A stretch of DNA of 64,000 nucleotides from an uncultured Actinomycetes bacterium (GTDB taxonomy: Bacteria; Actinomycetota; Thermoleophilia; Gaiellales; Gaiellaceae), in NCBI GenBank assembly GCA_963703095.1, contig OY969787.1, positions 2,625,510 through 2,689,509 of the forward strand, written 5' to 3'. Shown one piece after another: positions 11,133 through 22,908 of the stretch. A program made the position numbers and the translations under genes. A model generated the notes under the pieces. The model was not told the DNA's origin and searched no databases. It was given only the letters and a program-made list of their open reading frames with translations. Within the stretch, counting starts at the first letter, position 1. Every line of letters starts with the position of its first letter.

Positions 11133-12866
11133 TCAGCGCGTCGGCAGGAGCGCCTTGAGCGCCTTGATCTCCCGCACCCGGAAGACCCCTGCGAGACCGA
11201 GGTAGGCGACGGTCGCGACGCCGAGAGCGAGGCCAACCGCGACCAGACCGCCGAGGCCATTCGGGCCGAGCAGCGCCTCGACGCCACGCCAGACTCCCCA
11301 CGCGGCCGCGGTCGCGACGACGGACAGCACGAGGATGCGCAGGAGGGCTGCAGCGGTCGCGCGCGGACGGGCGAACCCCGTGCGCCGACGCATCAGCACC
11401 AGCAGCGCGGCGACGCCGACCACGTTGGAGATCGACGTCGCCAGCGGCAGCCCCCACACGCCCAGGCGATAGAAGCCCGCGTTGAGAAGCACGTTGAGCA
11501 GAAGCGAGCCGAGCGCGACGAGCGTCGGCGCCCAGTTCGACTGGAGCGCGTAGAAGCCGCGCGTGAGCATCAGCATCCAGCCGTTGAAGACGAGACCGAT
11601 CGAGAACGCCGCGAGGCACTGGGCGACGATCTCCGTGTCGTCCGCGGTGAACGCGCCGCGCTCGTAGACGATCCGCGTGATCGGCACGGCAAGGGCCGCA
11701 GACACCAGGCTCGCAGGGACGAGGAGGAAGCCGATCAGGCGGAGTCCCTCGTCGATCTGACGCCGGAACCCGGGGATGTCGTGGCGCGCCGCGAGACGCG
11801 AGAGCGTCGGGAAGAGCACGGTCGCCACCGCGACCGAGAACATCCCCTGCGGGAGCATGTAGAGGCGGAAGGCCTTGTCGATCGCGGCCGGCGCCAGCTC
11901 CGGGTCGATCAGCCGCGACGCGAAGAGGGTGCCGATCACGGCGTTGACGTTGATCAGGCCGAGGGTCAGCGTGACCGGGAGCATCAGCGCGAAGAACCGC
12001 CGGACCGCAGGATCGCGCCACTCGAGCACGGGTCGGATGCGGCCGTCGAGTCCCCGGAGCATCGGCAGCGGCATGAGGAGCTGCACGAGCGTCGCGACGA
12101 GGATCGAACCCGCGTACACGTACAGCTCGGCGCTCTCCGACTCGACGGACGGCACGCCGAGGGCGAGCCCGAGGATGATCACGAGGTTCCACGCGACGGG
12201 CGTGAGCGCGGGGATCGTGAAGTGCTCGTAGGCGTTGAGGATCCCCACGACGACGCCCGTCAGGCCGAGCAGCACCACGATCGGGAACATGATCCGAGCG
12301 AGGGTGATCGCGAGGTCGACGTCGCCGCCGGGGTCGCCGAACGGGCGCAGCAGCAGCGGCGTCAGCAGGATCAGCACGGCCGTCAGCGACCCGAGCGCGA
12401 GCAGCACGAGCCAGAAGATCGTCGACGCGACGCGCCACGCCCGCTTCCGGTCCGTCTCGAGCAGCTCGCTGAAGATCGGGACGAACGCCCCGGACAATGC
12501 GGCGTCGGCCACCAGCGCCCGGAAGAGGTTGGGGATCTGGAACGCGACGGTGAACGCGTTGACCAGGCCGGTGACGCCGAAGAAGTAGGCGGCGACCATC
12601 TCGCGCACCAGGCCCAGGACGCGCGAGACGCCGGTCGCGACCGCGAAGACGGCGGTGGAGCGGGCGAGGTGGCGCCGGTGCGCGTCGTCGGCGCGCGAGC
12701 CGCTCGCCGTGCGCGCGACGGGCGCCTCCGACCCCGTCGAGTCGTGGTCGTCGGCGTCGCCCGCGGCGTCCGTGGTGTCCGGGGGGCGACCGCCGCCGCC
12801 TCCGCGACCCGGCCCCCGCTCGCGATCCGGCTCGTCAACGCTCATCGACACACATTCGGCACGCAC
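11133..12866 (-). CDS. murJ: lipid II flippase MurJ/MviN
   Basis: This is a polytopic membrane protein with MurJ-type motifs (SRVLGLVREMVAAYFFG...FTVAFQIPNLFRALVADAALSGAFVPIF). The start is ambiguous: GTG 12866 or ATG 12845. Confidence 0.85.
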   Translation of the reverse strand: MRAECVSMSVDEPDRERGPGRGGGGGRPPDTTDAAGDADDHDSTGSEAPVARTASGSRADDAHRRHLARSTAVFAVATGVSRVLGLVREMVAAYFFGVTGLVNAFTVAFQIPNLFRALVADAALSGAFVPIFSELLETDRKRAWRVASTIFWLVLLALGSLTAVLILLTPLLLRPFGDPGGDVDLAITLARIMFPIVVLLGLTGVVVGILNAYEHFTIPALTPVAWNLVIILGLALGVPSVESESAELYVYAGSILVATLVQLLMPLPMLRGLDGRIRPVLEWRDPAVRRFFALMLPVTLTLGLINVNAVIGTLFASRLIDPELAPAAIDKAFRLYMLPQGMFSVAVATVLFPTLSRLAARHDIPGFRRQIDEGLRLIGFLLVPASLVSAALAVPITRIVYERGAFTADDTEIVAQCLAAFSIGLVFNGWMLMLTRGFYALQSNWAPTLVALGSLLLNVLLNAGFYRLGVWGLPLATSISNVVGVAALLVLMRRRTGFARPRATAAALLRILVLSVVATAAAWGVWRGVEALLGPNGLGGLVAVGLALGVATVAYLGLAGVFRVREIKALKALLPTR

Positions 12867-13010
12867 CCATGACTGCCTTGCGCGCCTTCGGGCGATAGCA
12901 TCGACAGCGGGGCGGAGGAGTGGTGGCCCCCTGGGGCCACGGCCCCGAGAGCCGGAGGCCGCGGCTCTGCTACGATCCCGCAGCCCGCACGACGGCGGGC
13001 GACCTCACGT

Positions 13011-13286
13011 ATGCCGAACATCAGACAGCAGGAGAAGCGCGTCCGGATCGCGAGCCGCCAGCGGCTCGAGAACCTCCGCTACCGCTCGACGATCAAGACC
13101 CTCCAGCGCCGGCTGACCGACGCTGTCGCCGACGGTGACGAGGCAGCGGTCGCGACCGCCCATCGCGAGCTCGTGAGGATGGTCGACCGGGCCGTGAGCC
13201 GCGGGGCGCTGCACAAGAACACCGCCGCGCGCAAGAAGTCGCAGGCAGCGCGCCTCGTCGCCGGCTCTTCGGCAGCGACCGTCTAG
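13011..13286 (+). CDS. rpsT: 30S ribosomal protein S20
   Basis: MPNIRQQEKRVRIASRQRLENLRYRSTIKT...GALHKNTAARKKS is a typical S20 sequence and length. Confidence 0.95.
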   Translation: MPNIRQQEKRVRIASRQRLENLRYRSTIKTLQRRLTDAVADGDEAAVATAHRELVRMVDRAVSRGALHKNTAARKKSQAARLVAGSSAATV

Positions 13287-14287
13287 CGTCGCCGTCCCGC
13301 CTCCCCGCTGATCGCGGCGAGGGTGCGCTGCAGCTCGAGCGCAGGAGCGAGCCGGCTGCCGCCCTTGAGCGCGTGGTCGAGCGCCGCCACCTCCAATGTT
13401 GCGCCGTCCAGCTCGGTCTCGGAGAAGGCCTCGGCCTGGCGCAGGAGCTTCTCCGCGTAGAACGGATGCAGCTTGAGGCGCTCGGCGATCTCGCGCGGCC
13501 TCCCACCCGCCGCGGCCTCGCGCTTCATCTGGCGAAGCTTGCCGAGATGCGAGCCGATCGCTCCGGCGAGCCGGGCCGCCTCGTCGCGGTGCGTCTTCTC
13601 CGATCGCTCGAGGATCGCCTCCATCGCCTCCAGAGCCTGCGCGCGATCACGCCCGCCCCACGCGTCGGTGATCGCGAAGACCTTCGTCTCGGCGGTCGCT
13701 GCGGTGAGCCGCTCCACGTCGGCCTCCGTCACCTCGTCCGCGCCCGCCCACGTGGCGAGCTTGTCGACCTCCTGGGCGAGCGCGTGCAGGTCGGTGCCGA
13801 CCAGCCGGACGAGCAGGGCGCAGGCCTCCGGCGCCGCGGTCACGCCGAGGGCCCGAAAACGGTCGACGACCCACTTCGTCTGCTGGTTCTTGGCGACGTC
13901 GTAGGCGAGCACCGTGCCGGCCTTGACGACCGCCTTCACGAGCGCGGACTCCTTCTTCGCCTCCTCGCAGACCAGGCAGAGCACCGTGCCGGGAGCCGGA
14001 GATCTCACATAGCCGACGACGGCCTCGAGGTCGGCGGCCTTCCAGGTCGCCCGAACGCGTCCGTCGTCGCCCCGACGGCCGTCGACCGCCTCGACGAGCA
14101 CGAGGTGCGTGTCGCCGAACAGCGTCCCGGCGTTGCACGCGGCGACGACGGTGGCCACGTCGTCGGTCAGCGCGCTGAAGCGGTCGATCGACCCGGCCTC
14201 GAACCGCGCGCGCAGACGCTGCACGGCGAGCTCCACCTTCGGGCGGTCGCTCCCGGCGATCAGGTACACGGGGTCGAGCTCGGCCAC
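13283..14287 (-). CDS. holA: DNA polymerase III subunit delta
   Basis: This 334-aa ORF (PVYLIAGSDRPKVELAVQRLRARF...) sits in the conserved comEC-holA / rpsT neighbourhood. Its stop overlaps the convergent rpsT stop. Confidence 0.85.
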   Translation of the reverse strand: MAELDPVYLIAGSDRPKVELAVQRLRARFEAGSIDRFSALTDDVATVVAACNAGTLFGDTHLVLVEAVDGRRGDDGRVRATWKAADLEAVVGYVRSPAPGTVLCLVCEEAKKESALVKAVVKAGTVLAYDVAKNQQTKWVVDRFRALGVTAAPEACALLVRLVGTDLHALAQEVDKLATWAGADEVTEADVERLTAATAETKVFAITDAWGGRDRAQALEAMEAILERSEKTHRDEAARLAGAIGSHLGKLRQMKREAAAGGRPREIAERLKLHPFYAEKLLRQAEAFSETELDGATLEVAALDHALKGGSRLAPALELQRTLAAISGEAGRRR

Positions 14288-14297
14288 GGGCTCGAGC

Positions 14298-16601
14298 CTA
14301 CCGTCCGCTGCGGACCGTCAGCGTGCGGCCGTCGCTCTCGATCACGACCGGCCCGTCCCGATCGGTGCGCAGCACCTCGAGCCCGGCGACGGCGTCGAGC
14401 GCGGCCAGGGTCTCGGCCGTCGGATGGCCGTAGTCGTTCCCCGCACCGACCGACACCACGGCCACGCGTGGCCGCAGACGCCGCAGCAGCTCGGGCAGTC
14501 CGGGGTCGGCCGAGCCGTGATGCGCGACCTTGAGGACGTCGACCCGTGGCAGTCGCAGGCGCAGCGTGACGACCGACTCGGCGTCGCCGGTGAGCAGCGC
14601 GCTCGTCGAGCCGAACCGCGCGAGCAGGACGATCGCCCGGTCGTTCGGGTCCTCCGCCGGCGACCCTGGCCCGTCCGGCCACAGCACGTCGAGCCGGAGT
14701 CCGCCGACGCGAAGCACGTCGCCGGCGCGCGCCAGCCTGATCCGCACACCTCCGCGGCGTGCCGCCGCCAGCGCCGCGCGCTGGTCGGGGGAGGCGGACG
14801 CATCGAGCCCCGGGTCCAGCGCGACCCCGACCGCCAGCCGACGGAGCACGTCGGCCGCGCCGCCGACGTGGTCGCGCTGCGGGTGGGTCAGGACGATCGC
14901 GCTGAGCGCCCGCACGCCGACCCGCCGAAGCTGTCCGGCGACGTCCGCCTCGGGCGGGCCCTGGTCGACGAGCACTGCCCCCGTACGGGTCTCGAGCAGG
15001 ATCGCATCGCCCTGCCCCACGTCGAGCACCGTCAGGCGCAGGCCCGCAGGTGGCGTCCACGTCGGTCGGTCGCGCAGCGCCCACCACCCGAGGAGCGCAG
15101 CGAGTCCGAGGGAGACGACGACGAGCGTCGCACCCGCCCGCCGCCAGCGCGGCAGACGGGCGACGACGACCGATGCGGCGACGAGCGCTGCCAGCACGGC
15201 CACTACCCCCCACGAGTCGACCTCGGCGCCGGGAAGCGCCGCGAACGTGCGCGCGACGACGGCGATCCACGCACCGCACCACCCCGCCAGCCACGCCAGC
15301 GCCGCCGCGCTGGCCGGTGACACCGGCTCGACGAGCGCCGCGACGAGGGCGAGCCCGACCAGGGGCGGCATGGCAGGCTCGGCGAGGACGTTGGCCGGCA
15401 CCGTCCAGAGAGGGATCTCCCCGAAGTGCACCCACACGATCGGGGCGGTCACGGCGCCGCACGCGGCCGCGACGGCGAGCAGCTCTGCCGGCCGTCCGCG
15501 GATCCGCGTCGCCTCGAGCCGGTCGGCCAGACGAGGCACGAGGACGAAGATGGCCGCGACCGCACCGAAGGAGAGCTGGAAGCCCGGCTCGAGGAAGGCG
15601 GATGGCGTCCACACCAACAGCACGAGCGCCCCGACGGCCATCGCATGCCAGCGGTCACGCGGACGGGCAGTCAGCCACGCGAGCGACGCGAGGCACCCCG
15701 CCACGGCCGCTCGCACCACGGAGGGCTGCCAGCCGGCGGCGAGCGCATAGGCGACGACGGCTGCGATCGCGAGCAGCTCGCCGACGCGACGGCCCAGGAG
15801 CAGCAGCCGCGCGAGCGCCACCACGCCGAGCGCGGTGATCGCGACGTTCTGGCCCGACACGGCGAGCAGGTGCATCAGCCCGCTCGCGCGGAAGGCGTCA
15901 CGCAGCGCCGGGGCGAGCTCCGATTCCTCGCCGAGCACGATCCCCGTGACGAGCGCGCGGCGCTCGCCGACCGTCCCGCTGGCCAGGGTGCCCTGGAGGT
16001 GCGCGCGCAGCCGATCGGCGACGCCACCGATCCCACCCCGCCGGCCGACCATGCGCGCATCGCGTGCGCGGAGCACGACGTGGACGCCCTGACGGGCGAG
16101 CCAGGCGCGCTCGTCGAAGCCGGTCTCGGGCCCTCGCGGCCGTGTCGGCCGCGCGTGCACCTCGAGGAGGGCGCCCTGAGGCGGCGCGCGGCCGGGCGGG
16201 AGCTCGAGCAGCACGCGCTCGCGCAGAGCGACCCCGTCGAAGCGAGTCACGAGCGCGGGCGCTCGCAGCGCGAAGCGCGTCCTGCGAGCCGGTCCGGTGA
16301 CGACGACTCGGGCCGACCCCGTCGTGTCGAGTCGCTGCAGAACGCTCCGCTCGAGCTGCGCTGCTCGCAGCCCGCCCCAGGCGAGGCCGACGAGCGCGAG
16401 CGACACGGCTGCGAGCAGCACGCGGCGCCGCCCCTGCTCGCGTGCCCCCGCCGCGGCGAGCACCAGCGCCGAGAGGAGGACGAGCGCGACGGACGGCCGG
16501 GCACGGCTGCCGAGCGCGATGCCGACGCACCCGGCGACGAGCAGCACCGTCGGCCAGCTCCGGTCGAGCAGCGAGGCGCGCCCGACCCCCGCCGCGCTCA
16601 C
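14298..16601 (-). CDS. comEC: DNA internalisation-related competence protein ComEC/Rec2 (with C-terminal metallo-beta-lactamase domain)
   Basis: It has a multi-TM competence domain (..LVTGIVLGEESELAPALRDAFRASGLMHLLAVSGQNV..) and an MBL motif (LTVLDVGQGDAILL...LTHPQRDHVGG). The GTG at 16601 forms a GTGA overlap with the comEA stop. The 1103-aa ORF-track extension is rejected. Confidence 0.85.
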   Translation of the reverse strand: MSAAGVGRASLLDRSWPTVLLVAGCVGIALGSRARPSVALVLLSALVLAAAGAREQGRRRVLLAAVSLALVGLAWGGLRAAQLERSVLQRLDTTGSARVVVTGPARRTRFALRAPALVTRFDGVALRERVLLELPPGRAPPQGALLEVHARPTRPRGPETGFDERAWLARQGVHVVLRARDARMVGRRGGIGGVADRLRAHLQGTLASGTVGERRALVTGIVLGEESELAPALRDAFRASGLMHLLAVSGQNVAITALGVVALARLLLLGRRVGELLAIAAVVAYALAAGWQPSVVRAAVAGCLASLAWLTARPRDRWHAMAVGALVLLVWTPSAFLEPGFQLSFGAVAAIFVLVPRLADRLEATRIRGRPAELLAVAAACGAVTAPIVWVHFGEIPLWTVPANVLAEPAMPPLVGLALVAALVEPVSPASAAALAWLAGWCGAWIAVVARTFAALPGAEVDSWGVVAVLAALVAASVVVARLPRWRRAGATLVVVSLGLAALLGWWALRDRPTWTPPAGLRLTVLDVGQGDAILLETRTGAVLVDQGPPEADVAGQLRRVGVRALSAIVLTHPQRDHVGGAADVLRRLAVGVALDPGLDASASPDQRAALAAARRGGVRIRLARAGDVLRVGGLRLDVLWPDGPGSPAEDPNDRAIVLLARFGSTSALLTGDAESVVTLRLRLPRVDVLKVAHHGSADPGLPELLRRLRPRVAVVSVGAGNDYGHPTAETLAALDAVAGLEVLRTDRDGPVVIESDGRTLTVRSGR

Positions 16602-17173
16602 GGCTGCACCAGGTCCCGCAGCTGCTCGACGCGGGCAGGGCCGATGCCCGGGATGGCGTCGAGATCGTCGACCGAGCGGAGCGGCCCGTTGGCCGTCCGC
16701 CAGGCGACGATCTTCTCCGCGGTGACCGGTCCGATCCCCGGGAGCTCGTCGAGATCGTCGACCGTCGCGCTGGAGAGGCTGACCTTCGCGCCGGCGCCCG
16801 GCGTGCCCGCCGCCGGAGCGGCGCCCGGTGGCTGGCGCGCCGGAACGGCTATCTGCTGGCCGTCGACGAGCGGCGCGGCCAGGTTGAGCGCAGCGAGGTC
16901 GGCCTTGGCGGTCGCTCCACCGGCCCGGGCGAGCGCGTCGGCGACGCGGGCGCCGTCCGGCACGCGGTACAGCCCGGAGCGCCGGACGGCACCGACGACA
17001 TGGACGACGAGCCGCTGCGCCGACCGGCCCCGCTCGTCGACGACGGTCAGCGGAGCGGCGCGCGCGGGCCCCTTGGCCGTCCCGGTCGCCGCGAGCCGTG
17101 AGCCGGCGAGCGCGAGCAGGGCGACCAGCGGCACCGCCGCGAGGAGCACCTGCGCTCGGGTGAGGGTGATCAC
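16598..17173 (-). CDS. comEA: ComEA family DNA-binding protein (SLBB plus helix-hairpin-helix)
   Basis: It has a signal anchor and an SLBB-like region (VVHVVGAVRRSGLYRVPDGARVADAL). Two HhH motifs follow (LDELPGIGPVTAEKIV and LDAIPGIGPARVEQL). Confidence 0.85.
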   Translation of the reverse strand: MITLTRAQVLLAAVPLVALLALAGSRLAATGTAKGPARAAPLTVVDERGRSAQRLVVHVVGAVRRSGLYRVPDGARVADALARAGGATAKADLAALNLAAPLVDGQQIAVPARQPPGAAPAAGTPGAGAKVSLSSATVDDLDELPGIGPVTAEKIVAWRTANGPLRSVDDLDAIPGIGPARVEQLRDLVQP

Positions 17174-17313
17174 CCTCCGAGCGTCGCGGTTGGCCGGCTA
17201 CGGAGGTGTGCCGACTTCGTGGCGGAAGTGAGCCGATCGCATCACGCCGTCGCGCAGGCACGCCGACCACGACTGCGCTCTCGCCCGGGGCGCCGCCCGC
17301 CAGCAGTGAGTGA

Positions 17314-17349
17314 CCGGACGGCCCGGACGGCCCGGACGGCCCGGACGGC
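17314..17349. repeat. perfect tandem repeat, 4 x 9 bp (ccggacggc)
   Basis: Read directly from the sequence. The four copies run from 17314 to 17349 and end one base before the leuS stop codon (17351-17353, minus strand). Confidence 0.95.
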
Positions 17350-17350
17350 C

Positions 17351-19789
<2,439 letters not shown>

Positions 19790-19817
19790 CGTCCTCCGGC
19801 TCTCACGGACAACGAAA

Positions 19818-19839
19818 GAGCCTCTCGTGAGAGAGGCTC
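19818..19839 (-). promoter_or_regulatory. terminator-like hairpin in the leuS 5' leader (possible attenuator or end of a small RNA)
   Basis: The minus-strand RNA reads GAGCCUCUC-UCAC-GAGAGGCUC, a perfect 9-bp stem. UUUCGUUGU follows directly, then GGAGGAC and the leuS AUG 28 nt downstream of the stem. Confidence 0.45.
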
Positions 19840-20043
19840 AAGGGGAGTCCGCGCGGCCCGCGCCGCGTTCGCCCCCTGGTCTACGCAAGCAGCTCCTGCA
19901 TCGGTGGGGCCAGTGTAGACGGTCGATCGGACCCAGGCGCGAACCCGGAGCGAGCTCCGGGGCGCGGGCGAGCCTGTCCACCCCGGCCGAGCCGGCCGGA
20001 GTAGGCTTCGGATCAGGATCCAGCGAGAGAACGGGAGAGAGCG

Positions 20044-21057
20044 ATGCCACTCGTCTCGATGCGCCAGCTCCTCGACGAGGCCGCCCGGGGCGGCTACGGC
20101 GTGGGGGCCTTCAACGTCAACAACATGGAGCAGATCCAGGCGATCATGGAGGCTGCGCGCGAGACCGCGTCGCCCGTGATCATCCAGGCCTCGCGCGGCG
20201 CGCGGGCGTACACGAACGACCTGTTCCTGTGGCACCTGATGCAGGCTGCCGCGGAGCTCTACCCCGAGATCCCGGTCGCGCTCCACCTCGACCACGGCAA
20301 CGAGCCGGCGACGTGCATCTCGGCGATCGACCTGGGCTTCACGAGCGTGATGATGGACGGCTCGCTCGAGGCGGACGGCAAGACCCCGGCGTCGTTCGAG
20401 TACAACGTCGCGGTCACGAAGGAGGTCGTGGAGTACGCGCACGCCCGCGGCGTGACCGTCGAGGGCGAGCTCGGGACGCTCGGCGGGATCGAGGACGGCC
20501 ACGGCTCGGGTGAGGTGCACCTCACCGATCCCGACCAGGCGGTCGAGTTCGTCCGAGAGACCGGGATCGACGCGCTCGCGGTCGCGATCGGCACCTCGCA
20601 CGGGGCGTACAAGTTCGCGAAGGAGCCCGACGGCGAGGTGCTCAAGATGGACCTGATCGAGGAGATCCACGAGCGCCTGCCCGAGACGCACCTCGTGATG
20701 CACGGGTCGTCGAGCGTCCCGCGCGAGCTCGTCGAGCAGATCAACGCGTACGGCGGCTCGCTCAAGCCGGCCTGGGGCGTGCCGGTGAAGGAGATCCAGC
20801 TGGGGATCCGGCACGGCGTCCGCAAGATCAACGTCGACACCGACTCCCGGCTCGCGATCACGGGCGCGATCCGCAAGGTCTTCGTCGAGTCGCCGGAGAA
20901 GTTCGACCCGCGCGACTACCTGAAGCCGGCGCGGGCTGCGATGCAGGCGCTGATCGCCGAGCGGATGCGCGACTTCGGACAGGCGGGTCACGCGGGTGAC
21001 TACGAGGCGATCTCCCTCGACGAGATGCGCCAGACCTACGCGGCCCAGGTCGCCTGA
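20044..21057 (+). CDS. fba: class II fructose-bisphosphate aldolase
   Basis: MPLVSMRQLLDEAARGGYGVGAFNVNNMEQIQAIMEAA...HLDHG...GELG match class II FBA motifs. GGGAGAGAG lies upstream. Confidence 0.95.
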   Translation: MPLVSMRQLLDEAARGGYGVGAFNVNNMEQIQAIMEAARETASPVIIQASRGARAYTNDLFLWHLMQAAAELYPEIPVALHLDHGNEPATCISAIDLGFTSVMMDGSLEADGKTPASFEYNVAVTKEVVEYAHARGVTVEGELGTLGGIEDGHGSGEVHLTDPDQAVEFVRETGIDALAVAIGTSHGAYKFAKEPDGEVLKMDLIEEIHERLPETHLVMHGSSSVPRELVEQINAYGGSLKPAWGVPVKEIQLGIRHGVRKINVDTDSRLAITGAIRKVFVESPEKFDPRDYLKPARAAMQALIAERMRDFGQAGHAGDYEAISLDEMRQTYAAQVA

Positions 21058-21079
21058 CCCGAACCAGCCCGTACAGGCC

Positions 21080-22336
21080 GTGATCGACCTGTTCCCCGAC
21101 ACGACGCGCGTCGAGGGCGGGTCGCTCACGGTCGACGGGCTGTCCCTCGCCGCGCTCGCCGAGCGGTTCGGGACGCCGCTCGTCGTCTACTGCGAGGCGA
21201 CGCTGCGAGCGCAGGCCCGCGCGCTCCGGGTCGCCATCGGCGACGGGCGCGTCGCGTTCGGGACGAAGGCGTTCCCGAACGTCGCCCTGCTGCGCCTCCT
21301 CCGGGAGGAGGGCATCGGCGCCGACGTCGCATCGACCGGGGAGCTCGCCTTCGCCCGGGCTGCTGGCCTCCCGGGCGAGGACGTCGTGGTCCACGGCAAC
21401 AACAAGGACGAGGCGCTGCTCACCCAGGCGGCGCGCGACGGCGCGACCGTGGTGCTCGACGCCCCCGACGAGGCCGGACTGGCCGCGACCGCCGGCGCGC
21501 GCCGCGCGCTCGTCCGCGTCACGCTCGGCGTCGACGCCGACACCCACGAGGCGATCCGGACCGGGCACCACGGCTCCAAGTTCGGCCTGCCTCCCGACCA
21601 GGCGCTCGCGCTCGTCCGCGATGCGGTCGGCCGGGGCCTGGACGTGCTCGGGCTCCACGTGCACGTCGGGTCGCAGCTCGCGGACTTCGACGCGCAGTCG
21701 GAGACGATCGTCCGACTCGCGTCGTTCGCCGCACGGTGCGCACGCGAGATCGGCTGGACGGCGCGCGTGGCCGATCTCGGCGGGGGCTTCGGCATCCGAC
21801 ATCACCCGGACGAGCACGTCCCCGATGCGGCAGAGCTCGCCGTGACGGCGGCGTCCACGGCGCGGCTGGCCTTCGCGGAGGCCGGTCTCGCCCAGCCGGA
21901 GGTCTGGCTCGAGCCGGGTCGGTCGCTCGTCGGCCGGGCCGGCGTGACCGTGTACCGCGTCGGTGCCGTCAAGCGGCTGCCCGAGCGGACCTGGGTCGCG
22001 ATCGACGGAGGGATGTCCGACAACCCGCGCCCGCAGCTCTACCAGGCGCGGTACACGGCGGTCTCCGCGCAGCGGGCGGACGAGCCGGCCGACGAGAGCG
22101 TCAGCGTCGCCGGCATGCACTGCGAGTCGGGCGACGTGCTGATCGACGACGTGCAGCTCCCCTCCCCCCGCCGCGGCGACCTGCTCGCGGTGCCGGCGAC
22201 GGGCGCCTACACGCTCGCGATGGCCTCGAACTACAACGGCGTCGGCCGCCCGGCCGCGGTGCTGGTGCATGAGGGCGAGGCACGCCTGATCCGGCGGCGC
22301 GAGACGGTCGACGACCTGCTCCGCTGCGAGGTCTGA
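21080..22336 (+). CDS. lysA: diaminopimelate decarboxylase
   Basis: The translation shows ..GGSLTVDGLSLAALAERFGTPLVVYCE...AFGTKAF...HVHVGSQ...GGGFGI...ESGD. I chose the start at GTG 21080, downstream of the fba stop. The ORF-track start at 20996 overlaps fba. Confidence 0.9.
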   Translation: MIDLFPDTTRVEGGSLTVDGLSLAALAERFGTPLVVYCEATLRAQARALRVAIGDGRVAFGTKAFPNVALLRLLREEGIGADVASTGELAFARAAGLPGEDVVVHGNNKDEALLTQAARDGATVVLDAPDEAGLAATAGARRALVRVTLGVDADTHEAIRTGHHGSKFGLPPDQALALVRDAVGRGLDVLGLHVHVGSQLADFDAQSETIVRLASFAARCAREIGWTARVADLGGGFGIRHHPDEHVPDAAELAVTAASTARLAFAEAGLAQPEVWLEPGRSLVGRAGVTVYRVGAVKRLPERTWVAIDGGMSDNPRPQLYQARYTAVSAQRADEPADESVSVAGMHCESGDVLIDDVQLPSPRRGDLLAVPATGAYTLAMASNYNGVGRPAAVLVHEGEARLIRRRETVDDLLRCEV

Positions 22337-22902
22337 TGCGGCGGGACGACCAGATCCGGCCCGCGATGCGCACCGCCGGAGACGCGCTCCAGATCGCGGC
22401 GGTGCTCGCGCCGGTGTTCCGCGATGCGACGGGGATCCTCCGCACGGTGCTCGTCGTCCGCTCGGACCACGGTCGCCACGGGAACCAGCTCGCGTTCCCA
22501 GGGGGCTCGCACGAGCCCGGCGACGCCGACCTGCTCGCCACCGCTCTGCGCGAGGCGCACGAGGAGGTCGGCCTCGACCCGGCCACCGTCGCGGTGCTTG
22601 GAGCGCTCGACCCACTCGACACCTGGGCGACGGGGTTCCGCGTGCACGCCTTTGTCGCCCGCGTGCCCGCCACGACCGCGTGGCGGCTCGACCTGACGGA
22701 GGTCGTGGGGATCCTCACGCCGGAGATCGAACGGCTGGCAGATCCCGCCAGGCGAGAGCTGCTGCCGTTCACGTCGCGCCACTACCCCGACGGGCTCGCC
22801 GTCGAGGGCGTGGCGCTCGAGGGTCACGTGCTGTGGGGGATGACGCTGCGGCTGCTCGACGACCTCGCCCCCCGGCTCCTCGCCGGCGAGTGGCCCGTCT
22901 GA
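22336..22902 (+). CDS. NUDIX hydrolase (CoA pyrophosphatase-like)
   Basis: It carries a Nudix box (GGSHEPGDADLLATALREAHEEVGL). The ATG overlaps the lysA TGA. Confidence 0.8.
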   Translation: MRRDDQIRPAMRTAGDALQIAAVLAPVFRDATGILRTVLVVRSDHGRHGNQLAFPGGSHEPGDADLLATALREAHEEVGLDPATVAVLGALDPLDTWATGFRVHAFVARVPATTAWRLDLTEVVGILTPEIERLADPARRELLPFTSRHYPDGLAVEGVALEGHVLWGMTLRLLDDLAPRLLAGEWPV

Positions 22903-22908
22903 CGGCCC

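Noticed and set aside
19840-19935. Possible T-box riboswitch in the leuS leader
   Set aside because: The leader contains AGGGGGCGAACGCGG, which matches the T-box core GGGUGGUACCGCG at only about 9 of 13 positions in a GC-rich background. I could find neither a specifier-loop/stem I architecture nor an antiterminator that competes with the terminator hairpin. It is kept only as a generic attenuator candidate.
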